A stretch of DNA of 63,109 nt, the filler included, from Octopus bimaculoides (Eukaryota), in NCBI RefSeq assembly GCF_001194135.2. It is 5 parts of 5 records of this genome, joined end to end, with 100 filler letters (N's around TTAATTAATTAA, not from the genome) between each part and the next. Parts side by side here need not be neighbours in the genome. Positions count along the whole stretch, not along the records: positions 29,317 to 43,831 come from NC_068982.1; positions 43,932 to 57,758 come from NC_068981.1; 3 more parts are not named here. One strand, written 5' to 3'. A program made the translations under genes and the position numbers. Position 1 is the first letter of the stretch. Each line of letters begins with the position of its first letter. The notes under the pieces are model-generated. The model was given only the letters and a program-made list of their open reading frames with translations, was not told where the DNA came from and searched no databases. This document shows positions 38,229 through 51,880 of this stretch, piece after piece.

Positions 38229-38989
38229 GTGCACATGTGCATGTGTGTGTGTGTGCATATGTTTGTGTGTATGCATGTGTGTGTACGTGTGTGTGTGTAT
38301 CTTCTCATTGGCACTGCTTGAATAAATGCTATCTGCACTTATATCCTGTGACTTTGCTGTGTGACAAACAGAGATCATTAAAATAAGTACTGAAGCTGAT
38401 ATATGATTAACTAAAAACCAGCATCACCACAGTCCAATAAACAAAACAAGTGAAAGAGTAAACAAGAAATGAGTTTGATAACAACTTCATCCAGTTTAGA
38501 ATATTGACAATTGATGAAATCTATTTTTCATTATTAATCTCAGAAGGATATAAAATGAAAACTCATAGATGATTGTCAGTTTGAACTGTTAATTAATAAA
38601 ATATCTTAATTTTGAGTAGCATCTGCAATTAATATTTGAGTTACCAATGAAAATAGGAAGCAAAAAAAACAACAACAACAAAAATCAAAACTATATTTTC
38701 ATTTGTAATTATTCTTGAATCACAAAACATTTAATTTTATTTGGCATCTTTACTTTGTATGTTATAGTTATGTGTTTATATAATTATTTTAGGTCTGTGG
38801 CTTGTATAAATAACAATGATTTCAATTTATTGAGAGGTTTATGTAAACAAAAATAACGAATTTCATTGTGGATTCAGTCGCATAAAAATTCACACATAAA
38901 ATAAGGATTTCTTTTTAGTTAAATTAAGATAAACATGAGCATGTCATTATATGCAGAAGCATTTGATTAATTATCATCATCGTCATTAC

Positions 38990-39020
<31 letters not shown>

Positions 39021-42000
39021 GTCATCATTTAATATCTGGTTTCTATCCTTACATGGGCTGTATGGTTTGACTGGATCTGATGATTTGGAGGAATGCATCA
39101 TAATGCAATGTCTACTTTGGTGTGGTTTCTTCATCTGGATGCCCTTCCTAACACTATACAATGTGTACAGGCTGCCTTTTTTTTTGTTTTTGTTTTTTTG
39201 TGGCACCACTACTAGTGATAATCACCTTGTAACTTGCAATGTTAAGGCCCTAAAGATAAGAGAGATGTAGAAAGAGGTAGAAAGTGTGAGTAAATGAATG
39301 CTATTGACTCTTCCATAGTGTAGTTTATAAATTAGCAGTAGTTTCAGCTATTTGTGTTGCAGACAATTCATGTTGAAAAGTCTGGCTGTCAGATGATGTC
39401 TAATATTAAACATCACCTGACTTAAATTCATGATTGCACCCACATTCTATTCTTCTGCCTACTCTTCTCTCAGGTCTAATCTTTTCTTTTTTTCAATCTC
39501 TCAAGCCGAGTTAACTTGATTGATTTGTAATCAACAACTCTGATTCGTTACTACAATGGTGACATTAAAATTGCATTTCAAAGATCTGGCTTTTGTTTAT
39601 GAAGATTTTCCTAATTTGAAAAAAAAGAAGTTTGATTCACTGGTGTAAGGGGACTTTGAGATACTGTGGTGTTTCAACCTCATTATGGGTCTCTTCAGTC
39701 AAAGCTACTCTGGACTGATGAATCTGACAAAAGCACAAGCTCTTGTTTATAGAAATCAGCAAACAAACTATTTTCTGCTGCATGCAGGTGCCTAACAAAC
39801 AGATAATAATTCACGGGCTGCACACAGAACAATAAGATTCCAAACAATAAGATATCTATTCATTCTTAATACATTCTGTCAGATTTGAATGTGAATCTTT
39901 GATCGATGTTGTTTTTCTTCACCAGAGATGGAGCATTCTCTGATCAAATATTCACATGCGAATCTGCCAGAAGATATTAAGAATTATTATTTGGATATTT
40001 GCTGTTCTGCATGCATCCCATGAATTATATTTTTGCTCTTTTTCCTAAACTTATAAAATTTCTTTTTGAAGTGGTGGTGGTGATGGGAGATGGTCCTTGT
40101 CAGAGAAAGAATGGTAGTGCCCATGACCTTTTTCAAGGCCTCTAAAATAAGTGGAAAGAAGAAAGAAATTTATCTTCAAGCCAGAAACTTAACTACAATA
40201 TTTTATAAAGAATGATTTCCATTAAAGATATCCAAGGGTTTTTAATCATTTCATCAATTCTAAGACACTAATGATGCTAATATTAAAGCTATTATGAAAT
40301 AATTCCAGTAACTAAGATAAATCAATTTGGAATTAATTTCAAGAGCAGCAAATAAAATTGCATTCGCACATTGGAGTCTCATGAATGTCTTTTACTATAA
40401 TGGATCCAAGCAAATATCTGAAATATTTATTCCTGCTGCTGTTTGTTGTATTTTTTATATTAAAGAGAATAATGACAACTTACTATCACCACTACTTGTA
40501 TTGCCATCACTGTCATTTGCTAATCTTCAAGAATATCAATATTTTGCCAGCTTTTAATTATCGTTATTGTTTGTGTGATGAGATAATTACTCTCCCTGAT
40601 TTATATTTCCAAATGAAGAAATTTGAATCATATTTTAGAAGTCACTTACTAGTTAGAGAAGGTGCATGGCCTTGAGATTTTTGACTTATGATTATGGCCA
40701 GTCTCTCAGTTAGTTACAATGGTGAATGTTCTAGTTGATGCAATAAACAGAACAGCCTACATGCATACTCTTAACATAGTTGTCAAGGAAATTCAATGAG
40801 ACATAGAATGTGACAAGGTTGGCCCTTTGAATTACAGGTACAATTCATCTTTGCCAGCTGAGTGAACTGGAGCAATGTGGAATAAAGTGTCTTGCCAGGA
40901 ATTGAGCTCTCAGCCTTATGATTGTGAGTCGAATATCCTAACTACTAAGCCATGTACCATCACTTTTTATGATCCTAAGGTCATAGATTCAGTTCATGGA
41001 CGCGATAGCATATTGTATCCTAGTACAAAACATTTCCTTCCATATGGCTCCAAGCTACTCAACTGCAATGATTAGCAGCCAGATGGCAGTGCAGCCCCCT
41101 CATCTTCCAGTCATCACATCCTGAATTTTCTGCTGAATCAAAACTGAAGAAGAAAAGGAGTCTATAGTCTGCCAGCAATTGCATATGTATCTAAAAACAA
41201 TTAGCAAAAGCAGGATACATCTTATATAGTTACACTCACTCACTTACAAGTAACAGCTGGCTGTATTTTAATTACTAATAACTGAAGGAAAGAAAGATCC
41301 AAAATTTACAAAATTAATTTGTATTAATATAATGCAATGGAATAAATTACAAATTGCACATTTGTATTTTAAAACATTTAATGTTTAAATGAAACTGTGT
41401 TCATTTAGTTCACATTGATATGCTCTTTCTATACTGGTCTTGTTCGCTGGATCACATTTCAAAACTAAAGAAGTACAACAGTATATTTTCTACAGGAATA
41501 GTAAAACAAAAGATTAAAACTTGAGTCTGTAGACATATTTGTCATTTTAACAAATGTACAAACATGACTGTGGAAGTAGGATGTTCACTTTGCAATTGTT
41601 GGTACTGGGCTTGCTCCCATTGCATCTGGAAAGTCTTGCTTTGACCTTACTGGCAGAGAAGCATCTGCTGTGACTATTGAGACTCTCATGAGAGTGATAG
41701 TCCTTGTTAGAGTTACATCATTTGAAGGTGTGCTGTATGGCAGTCTTGTCCCAGTATGGTTTTACCATAAATTTAATTTTTTCATCACAAGCTTCAGTCT
41801 CTCCTCTCATCTTTTTTAACTTGGCCAGAATCCAGTGGGATCTACTTCCTCCCTATATATACTATTGAGGCCAGCAAGTATCCTAGGATGTAGTTCTAGG
41901 GTGGTCATGGGCAGAATGCATTCATGTTACAGAACAACTATGGACTATGTACAAAATCACTCTGTAACACAGCCACACACATGGGCACACACACACACAC

Positions 42001-42320
42001 ACACACACATTTATATATATACATGCACACACATCATACATACATATACATATATACCTACCTACCTACATACATGCATTCACTCATATTTGCATGCACA
42101 CTCATACATACATACACACACACTCATGCATGTGCATATATGTGTGTGTGTGTGTGTGTGTGTATTGTATGTATGTATGTACGTATGTACATATGTATGT
42201 ATGTATATATGTATGTATGTATGTATGTGTGTGTGTATGTATGTATGTATGTATGTATGTATGCACACTCACACACACACACAATACACAGTAGGTAGTA
42301 AATAGTAGATAATACATAAC

Positions 42321-42992
42321 TTAATGAATAAAAATTATTAACTTCAAATATTAAAACATCTGAAGAAGCCGGGAGAAAGATTAAAAAAAGTTGCACAGAA
42401 GAAATCATATGATGTCTTCATCAAATTTCAGGAGAGAACTATTGAAAAACAAATTTAATCAGAAACAAAATTGAAAAAATAAAATGATTCAAAAATCAAA
42501 ATTTTCATTAAAAATAAACGTAAGAAAACTTATAAAACAAATAATCATAGATAATGAGAAATAAAAACAAATTTAAAAGAACTTCGATAAAATAACGGAC
42601 ATACAATGTCAAACTAACAAATATAGTTGGACAGACATTTTCTTTCGTTCAGCTACAATTCACTTATGCAAGAGAGAAAAAAAAACTGACAATGTATGTC
42701 CGTTTTTTATCAAAGATTTTTATTTTATCAACCATTATCTATGATTGTGGTATTTTTTTTTTTTCTGTTTTAGTTTTCTTTATGATTCATTTTTAACGAG
42801 TCATAAAACTTTTTTTTTTTCATTTTTGCTTCTGATTTTTAAACATTTTTTTTTTCTATATCTTTCTTCTGAACTTGATGAAGATATTACATGATTTCTT
42901 AGTGTAGATCATGTTTTTTTAATGCTTTTTTCCCCCCTTCTCCAACGTCTTCTGATGTATAAATATTTGAAGATGATATTTTTATTCATTAT
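42321..42992. repeat. Imperfect foldback: ~290-300-bp arms, 75-nt spacer
   Basis: Paired blocks aacggacataca(a/t)tgtca, aatcatagataat, cttcatcaa..tcag and aatgaataaaaat occur in mirrored order and orientation. Confidence 0.8.
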
Positions 42993-42999
42993 CAAACTA

Positions 43000-43501
43000 T
43001 ATGAGGTTTGATCAAAAAATATCAGGACTGGTGCTATAAAAAGAAAACTGCAACACATTTCATTTCGGCATTTAATCTCCTTCAGAGTAACCCCATTTTG
43101 AAGCCACTTACTTTATCCAGCATCTGTCCATAAGTGGAAGCATTCCTGGAACTCCTTTTGGGGGACAGAGGACAGCTGCCTTGCTACATTCCCTTGAATA
43201 TCCGCAATGTCTGGAAATCTTATTCTTTTCAAGTGGTATTTGATTTTTGCTTTGGTTTAGGGATCTTAACCATAGACACACTATTTGTCACCAGTTATGA
43301 CCCTCTTTAAACAGAGATCCTGCACAACTGAAATCAAATCTTCTTTTTGAGATTATCACACTCTACACACTTTACTTCCAAGCAATGCTATAAGAAACAG
43401 AAGTGAGTGAGAACATAACTTAGTGTGCATGGCTTCACTAGGTGTACTTTAGTTCCATTACGATAGCAACAGTCCTGGTACTTTTTTGATCAGCCCCTGT
43501 A
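43000..43501. mobile_element. Mariner-derived MITE
   Basis: TIRs TAtgaggtttgatcaaaaaatatcaggactg and (rc) TAcaggggctgatcaaaaaagtaccaggactg. Confidence 0.75.
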
Positions 43502-43931
43502 TATTATTCTACTAATGGTGAAAGAAGGTTTTGAAACAATTTCATAATATAACTATTAACAAAGATATTTCAGTCAACTGTTTCTTGTATTGAACACTTT
43601 TGTAGTAACTACAGCTTTATTTGTAATACTATTACAGATTGGCATAGGCATGTCTGTATAGTTAAGAAGCTCACTTTTCTACCATGTGGTTTTAGGTTCA
43701 GTTCCACTTTGCAGCCTTTGGGCAAGTATTTTCAATCTGCTATAGCTCCAGGACAACCAATGTCTTGTGAGTGAATTCAGGTGGAAATTATGTGAAAGCC
43801 TATCATATATATATATATATATATATATATANNNNNNNNNNNNNNNNNNNNNNNNNNNNNNNNNNNNNNNNNNNNTTAATTAATTAANNNNNNNNNNNNN
43901 NNNNNNNNNNNNNNNNNNNNNNNNNNNNNNN

Positions 43932-43964
<33 letters not shown>

Positions 43965-44566
43965 TATGTTTTTAAGTATCATACTTAACAAATTAAGTAT
44001 GATGCCAGCATCATACTTGATCTGTTAAGCATCATAAATAGTTATAATGAAGATGTTACATTACTATGATAATATCTATTTAATTGTTAGTGTTTGTTGT
44101 GATTCTGGAATACACATTGCAATAGGCATGTCTTTATAATTTTCCTTAAGCTTTTATTTACTTGCATCCTATATGCAAAAATCGCAGTCTATGTGATATT
44201 TGCTTCAATTCATAAATCAGAATGTTGAGATAAAGAATAAGAAGTTTGTATGCAACCATGATTATATTTGGTTAATGGAGGAACCTTTTTTTATACAAAA
44301 GCTGGCATTCCTTTTGAGTTATAAGAATGCATAGAGATTTATCATCTACATGATTGGGAACAATATTTTTATTAGGATAAACGAGTATTGAGTTCAATAG
44401 TATATTAGACTATATTATAACCTTTGGTGCTGAAGCCTGGCAATAAGAGCTTGCGGATATTCCGCTACAAAACATTCAATAATATCGAAGCAGTATCTTT
44501 CATAAATCAGGGTATAATTCTTGAAGGCTCTTTCTGAACCCAGTCAACGATGGATATTTCTGCTAG

Positions 44567-44662
<96 letters not shown>

Positions 44663-45370
44663 ACGAGAAAACTAGTTTTAAACCTCTGAATGAGATCTAT
44701 ATAATAACGGTACTGAATATTAAAGTTTATTTGCCAACATAACCCTTTGAATTGCAGGCACAACAGAAACAGGAAGTAAGAGTAAGTTGTGGTGAAAGAG
44801 TACGGCAGGGTTCACCACCATCCCCTGCCGGAGCATTGTGGAGCTTTAGGTGTTTTCGCTCAATAAACACTCACAACGCTCGGTCTTGGAATCGAAACCG
44901 CGAGTCCGCTGCCCTAACCACTGGGCCATTGCACCTCCACGAATGAGATCTATGTAGTAATAGTACTGAATATCAAAGTTTATTTGCTAATGCGGCAGTC
45001 CTGCATAGGACTATGCTACTATTTCATAACACTAGGAAAACATTTTTTCCAGCTGGTTTATCGACATATGGTCTGTGTCCGAGATATACTGTAAGTAAGG
45101 GGGATTACTACTCCATTCTATAAATATAAAAGAAAAAAATATATTGTAAATACACAAAGGACAAGTAAAAAACGTATGGCATATATTCAGTGCACAAATG
45201 AACGGAAGACAGACACAGAAGGTCCCTAATTCTTCATCAGTTAACAACCAGATGGTACTACGCAGTTTCGCACCATATATGTGTGTGTGTGTGTGTGTGT
45301 GTGCACATAAGAACGGACGATCGGATGAACGAATAGGTTGATTGATACATGGACGTGTATGCGTATACAT

Positions 45371-45442
<72 letters not shown>

Positions 45443-46185
45443 NNNNNNNNNNNNNNNNNNNNNNNNNNNNNNNNNNNNNNNNNNNNNNNNNNNNNNNNNN
45501 NNNNNNNNNNNNNNNNNNNNNNNNNNNNNNNNNNNNNNNNNNNNNNNNNNNNNNNNNNNNNNNNNNNNNNNNNNNNNNNNNNNNNNNNNNNNNNNNNNNN
45601 NNNNNNNNNNNNNNNNNNNNNNNNNNNNNNNNNNNNNNNNNNNNNNNNNNNNNNNNNNNNNNNNNNNNNNNNNNNNNNNNNNNNNNNNNNNNNNNNNNNN
45701 NNNNNNNNNNNNNNNNNNNNNNNNNNNNNNNNNNNNNNNNNNNNNNNNNNNNNNNNNNNNNNNNNNNNNNNNNNNNNNNNNNNNNNNNNNNNNNNNNNNN
45801 NNNNNNNNNNNNNNNNNNNNNNNNNNNNNNNNNNNNNNNNNNNNNNNNNNNNNNNNNNNNNNNNNNNNNNNNNNNNNNNNNNNNNNNNNNNNNNNNNNNN
45901 NNNNNNNNNNNNNNNNNNNNNNNNNNNNNNNNNNNNNNNNNNNNNNNNNNNNNNNNNNNNNNNNNNNNNNNNNNNNNNNNNNNNNNNNNNNNNNNNNNNN
46001 NNNNNNNNNNNNNNNNNNNNNNNNNNNNNNNNNNNNNNNNNNNNNNNNNNNNNNNNNNNNNNNNNNNNNNNNNNNNNNNNNNNNNNNNNNNNNNNNNNNN
46101 NNNNNNNNNTATATATATACACATGTATATATACGCACACACGGATATACAGATATACATGCATATGTATGTATGTGTATATTTC

Positions 46186-46226
<41 letters not shown>

Positions 46227-47334
46227 GTGTGTGTGTGTGTGTGTTATTTAAGATAGAATGTGTACAACTGCTTTCACTTTGTCCGTTGTCGACTAGAGAG
46301 CACAAGGATTTCTTTAGTATTCCGGATTAAGCATTGCAGTTGTCAGTGACCAGCCGGGTAAGTTTAGTTGCTTCATAGCAGGCGTTTCCCCTCTTACGCC
46401 TCAAACCTCCACACTAAACAAATGTAACTGTTACAGCTCCCTCTGTACTATTCACTTTTATTACGGCATGACGATTTCATCTAGTCCGTAAGCATTGGCA
46501 ATAACAAATAAACCGAATAAAAAACAGAAAGTTTTTGGGGGTCTACGTAACAAAATGGTAAATTGCGCATCCACAAAACAGTTTGCTTTAGACGCATGTA
46601 TTGGTATGTATTGCAATAAACAGCTAATTTTTTTTCTCTAACGTTTTACACAGTTCAACCTACACAAGTTAATGCTTGAAAAACGAAAGAGGAATTTTAA
46701 AAGAAGTTTATATGAAACTAGTTCTTAAAAATTAAATAACTATGGGGGATCACCAGAATGAAATAGTAATCAAAGGGGTCCATAGATAAAAAGGGGTTGA
46801 AAACCCTTGGTTTAAAGGTAAATCAGTAACGAACGTTATTGTTTTATTATTGAGTTAAAATGCCGCCGAGGTTGACTTTTCATCATTTCAGAGTCAATAA
46901 AATAAGTAGCAGTTGAGCATTGGGGTCAATGTAAGTCGACTTGACTCCTCTCCAGAAACTACTGGCCTTGTACCAAAAATTGAAACCGCTATTACCTACT
47001 GCGTCTGAGGCAAAAAATATTTAGCGCGAAAGGCGCTACTTAAGTATGCGGCTGTAGATTGGAGAGCGTAGAGAGGGGGGAGCCGTACCTTTGGTGATCA
47101 GGGTAATCCTGGATCTATGGGGTTCCTTGATTAACCCTAGTTGGAGTTTCTCCTGAATCAGGAGAACTGCATCATTCATGTTATTACTTACTTTGTATTC
47201 TATGTATACTTTTATCACATTTCAATATCTTTCTTTTTCTTTATCTACATCCTTTATGTAAATCCTCATATAAATTGTTTTCTGTCCTTGTGATGATCCC
47301 CCTCATCTATACTCCTCTGCCTAATAAAATAAAT

Positions 47335-50300
47335 TATCATTATCATTATTATTGCCTTTGCACAAGTTCTAACGCTGGAGATGTACTACGCTGTCAGCTG
47401 TTCACTGCCGGTGAACTAAGATAACACCTCTTATTTTTCGAGCACCATCCGGAGTATTCCAGCGGTTCCAAGCAGTACTGTTTTCTGCAAGTGCTCCACC
47501 CTTATTGCAGCCCCTATTTGTTCCATGTACTTCTCAAGATTTTTACTCACTCTTCCCAGGGCTCCGACAGTTATTGGTACTACTATCACTTTTTTCATTG
47601 ACCACAACTGCTTAACCTCCCAAGTTAACCTGTCATATCTACGACTTTTCTTCCTCATCGCATACCTTGTTGTCAGATGGGCATGTTATATCTGTGATCC
47701 AGCATCGTTTGTTTCCTTTCTCAATTAACACGTCTGGCTTCCTATTCTCAATCTCATGGTTGCACTGAATCATAAAATCCCATAGGATCTTTGCATTATC
47801 ATTTTCGAGGATGCCTTCGGGTTTATGTTCGTACCACTTTTTTGCTCTGTCAAGTCTGTACTTGTTGCAAAGTATCCAATAGACAATGCTTGCTATGTTG
47901 TCATGACGTCTCTTATATTCCTTCTGGGCTAGTGGCGTACATTGGCTGGTAATATGCCCTACGGTTTCACCATTTTGTCCACAAATTCTGCACTTATCAC
48001 TTTCTGATGTGTTGTCTATTCTGTATTTTATGTAATTGGTTATTAATGCTTGCACTTAGGTAGTACAGATTAAAGCCTCCATTTCCGGTTTTAAATCCCT
48101 TTTAGTCATCCATAGCTATATTTTTCTCTGTCTTATCTTCAACATCCCTATGAAATTGTCCATGCATTCTTTTCTTTATCCACCTATATTCAGTTTCATT
48201 TATTCCCAAGTACTTGTACAGTGCTTTTTCTTTGCAATCTTCCATACTACACGAACCTGACCGACTTACTTCCAATAATAGCGGTTCTGTGACATATTTT
48301 ACATACCATTTTATGTTGTTTTCTTTTGCGCTAATGCTGTGTTTCATCCAATAAGTCTTCTTCCCCCTCTTTTTTCTTGGTACTTTCAGTCAGTCTGTGT
48401 CACTTTTTGGGTGGACTATCCCATATCTAGTCAGCAACTTGACTTTCTGTCTAAGCTGTTTAGTTCGTCTACTGCCAATACATTTACCCCTGCTCTATAT
48501 TTAAAGAGTGAAACCGCCCAGGTGCTGATAGCCTCAACCTTATTCCATCCGTTTAATTTCGACTTAAGTACCAGTCTCAGTCTGCGCAAGTACTCTACCT
48601 TAAATTTTTCTGTCATTTCTTTCTCCATCAAATTATCCATTTCCAATATCCCCAGGTACTTATAGCGCGTCTTTTCTATTTGCTCCATAACCTCTTCCGA
48701 CGGTATCGCTAGCCCGTCCCTACATTTGATTTTGCCTCTCTTCAAGACTAACGCACCACACTTTTTCAGTTCGAACTCCATTCTGATATCAGCACTGAAA
48801 GTATACATTGTATCAACGAGGGAACTGACTTGGGATTCATCTTAGCCATAAAGTTTGAGGTCATCCATGAATAACAAGTGGTTGAATTTTTGTTGGCGGC
48901 TCTTGAATACATACCCAGCTTTTGCTTTCCTCAGAATCAGTGTTAGTGGTATCATGCACTAAAGATTAAAGGGGTCAGGCTGTCCCCTTGGAAGATGCCC
49001 CTCCTGATTTCTATTGTCCCTAAACTTCTTCCGTATGCTGTCAGCTCCGTCCTCCACTTCACCATATTTTTTCCAAGCAATCGTTCAACATTCGATGCAA
49101 TACCAAATAGGTTCAGACACTCCATAGTCCAAGAATGTTGGATCATATCGTACACCTAACGATAATCGATCCATGACATGGCTAAGTTAGTTTTCCTCCT
49201 CTTGCAGTCTCTAAGTACAGCTTTGTCTACCAGGAGTTGATCCTTAATACTTCTCCGCTTACGCTTTCACCCCTTCTCCTATGTGGCAGGACTTCGTTTT
49301 TTTTCCATGTCCATACATTGACTCTGCAACTATTCCAGTCAATAATGTCCACATAAGTGGCAAGTAGGATAGGATATCGGCCTGAAATTGTCTACCCGAT
49401 TTGCCTTTTTCGATGTTTTTCAAGCACAGCACTGCCCTCTCTGGTGTTACTTGGTCAGCATTTAACAAGGTGTTGAGTTGTGCAGCTATTCATGCAGGAC
49501 ATTCACCAAATCTTTTGATCCAGTAGCCTTGAACTCCATCTGGTCCCGGGGCCTTCCAGTTTCCCATATTTTTGCTGATTTCCTTCACTTCCCTAACTGG
49601 AATGACTAGCTCTGCCTGTTGTGGACAAACTACTGTTTGTTTCAGTTCTTGCAACCATTCAGCATCCTTCTTATGTTCCTTGTATTTGCTTTACATATCA
49701 CTCCAAAACCTTTGACTTTCAATGTTATCTGGTTATGTTGTTTCCATCTGTATACTCTCCATTTATTTCTTTGTAGAAACTCTTCTGATCTATACTGAAT
49801 AACCTATTCTGCTGGTAACCCTTCATTGTTTGGTCGTATCTTACCATCTTTGCTTTCTTTGCAACGAAGCGCTGTTTCAATACCTCCATTCACACTTTCA
49901 GGCACTTTCTCTCAGTATCATACTTCCTGTTCAGTGCCCTGTATTTTTGTTCGCTTTTAAGCTCTCTCTTCTCTTTTCGGTCTCACACAGAAATGTGCTT
50001 CGAGAGCATACCTAAACCCGCCTGTATTCTTCTTTTCCACCATGGCTCTTTTCTTTTGTCACTCCAATTATATTTCTTCTTGACATCAACACTCAGATTT
50101 TCTGCTGCAACAATACTTGCTGCCTTGATGAGATTATTTGTTTCTGTGATGTTTTTTGTTGTGATGTATTTCAGAATTTCATTCAAACTTTTCATTTTTT
50201 GGTTCAATTTCCATCGATCAACCTTTTCAAGGTTGCAAATAAGGTTGCTATCGTTCTCCTGTAGTCTTGCCTTTATCTGTCGTAGATTGCCTTTTGCCCA

Positions 50301-50812
50301 TCTGTCATGTCACCGTTAATTTTATTGTTTTCTTCCAGACCATCATTGATATGTCTCTTATCGAACAAGCTATCACTGTTCCTTTCCTATGGTTTATTAA
50401 AGTCTCACCTCTGTTTTCTACTATGAGATTACTTTTATCACCAAGGACTGTATTTTCATCGTTTCCTCTGCTTCTGTTTTCCAATACCCGTCTTTTTATA
50501 GCTTCGAGCTCTACCTCGTTGAACCAACAATTTTTTCTTATTGCTCTAGCTTGATCACATAATCTCTGTTCTGTGAGTTGAAACAATCCTCTTTCTCGCC
50601 ATTGATCATACATACGTTGTCGGTATCCCCTAATATGAGTACCATTTTTGCCTGCTGGGTTGCTCAAGTAGTAACACTCCGTGACCACACCATTGATTTG
50701 TTTGTTCAGTCTACGCCGTGTGTGCTGGTCCATCACTGGATAACGACAGGCTGGAGCCGGACCAGTATCGCTGAGCCTGCCGGGCACCACACTGTCACCA
50801 CCAGCCGTTTCC

Positions 50813-50816
<4 letters not shown>
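47335..50816 (-). mobile_element. Near full-length, multiply frameshifted R4/Dong-clade non-LTR retrotransposon (RT + CCHC + restriction-like endonuclease)
   Basis: N-terminus ECYYLS...RGYRQRMYDQW...TEQRLCDQARAIRK. RT motifs RRGIFQGDSLTP and NHLLFMDDLKLY. Zinc knuckle CRICGQNGETVGHITSQC. RLE motifs RKPDVLI...DITCP and PITVGALG. (TAA)n-type tracts at both ends. Confidence 0.9.
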
Positions 50817-50864
<48 letters not shown>

Positions 50865-51469
50865 TTCATTTTTTACTATTTGTCATTGTTAATATTGCCT
50901 CTGATCCGACATGATTTTTTGTTAATTGTCATTAACACTTCCGTGTTCGTACTAGGCATCGGCTCTTATCTATTAGCCGTGTTGGAGGGTATATATGTAT
51001 ATCTGTTTAATGCTTTTGTGATCAATAATGACTAGTCTTTGTCGCTTGTTTTTATTCGATTCGTTTATGTGTATGCGTGCACTTGTTTATTCATTATTTA
51101 ATGTTAATTTGAAATATTAAAATGTGTTCATGTAAAACTGGGGTGTATACGTAATTAATTAGTTTCCGTACTTACGTGTTTGTGATGTGTACTTGATCGG
51201 ATATACTCCAAATGTACTTATTCGGATATAATCCAACACTTTTAATGAGTATTACTTACTCGGATGTAGAGCAGCGCTTTGTCAGTGTGGCGAGCGTGTT
51301 TACATGTGTAGTGCGAGTGACGGAGGTAAGAAAGAGTTAAAATACATCGGTTCATTCGGAAAATCGAAATAGATTTTAACGAGTATTACTTACTCGGATG
51401 TAGTCCAACACTTTGTCATTTATTTCAGGCGCCATCTGTTATCTTTATTCCTGATGTCGTTTATTACCT

Positions 51470-51880
51470 CCGCCTTAACAAATAGTATCCAGTGATCAGC
51501 AGGTGTTTCGCGCCTGAACCGCGCCTGAACCCTAACATTCTGCCGTTGAAGAGTGAGCACTGGAGGCCAAATCACTGTTTACTATCTTTTCCGGGTTTCC
51601 ACTTTAACTCCCCTCTCTTGCTCCATAACAAGCAAGAGGCTCTTTGTGCTGCCTCTTCCATCCTGCGCACAGCTAAATTTGGCATTTTTCCTTTTATTCC
51701 ATTGGCTGTAAACATTCTCCATACTGACTGGAAAGAGAATATCTTGCTGCTCAATCGACTAGGAAGAGGCATGATTGCCATCCCGCTTCCCGTAGAAGGC
51801 TGTGCTACTTGGTACACTTCCATTCAAAAGCTTGATCGATATCCTCTTTATAAGCATTTTGGTAGCATACTCTGTTTACC
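51470..51880 (-). mobile_element. 3' fragment of a HERO-like RLE LINE
   Basis: Degenerate EDIDQAFEWK...EAGWQ...GIKG...EAAQRASCLLWSKR, then a 3'UTR containing cgaaacacc...ggatac. The clade call is from recalled motifs only. Confidence 0.55.

Noticed and set aside
46740-46810. hAT/Charlie-like terminus (ggttgaaaacccttg)
   Set aside because: No matching 5' TIR or 8-bp TSD could be identified.
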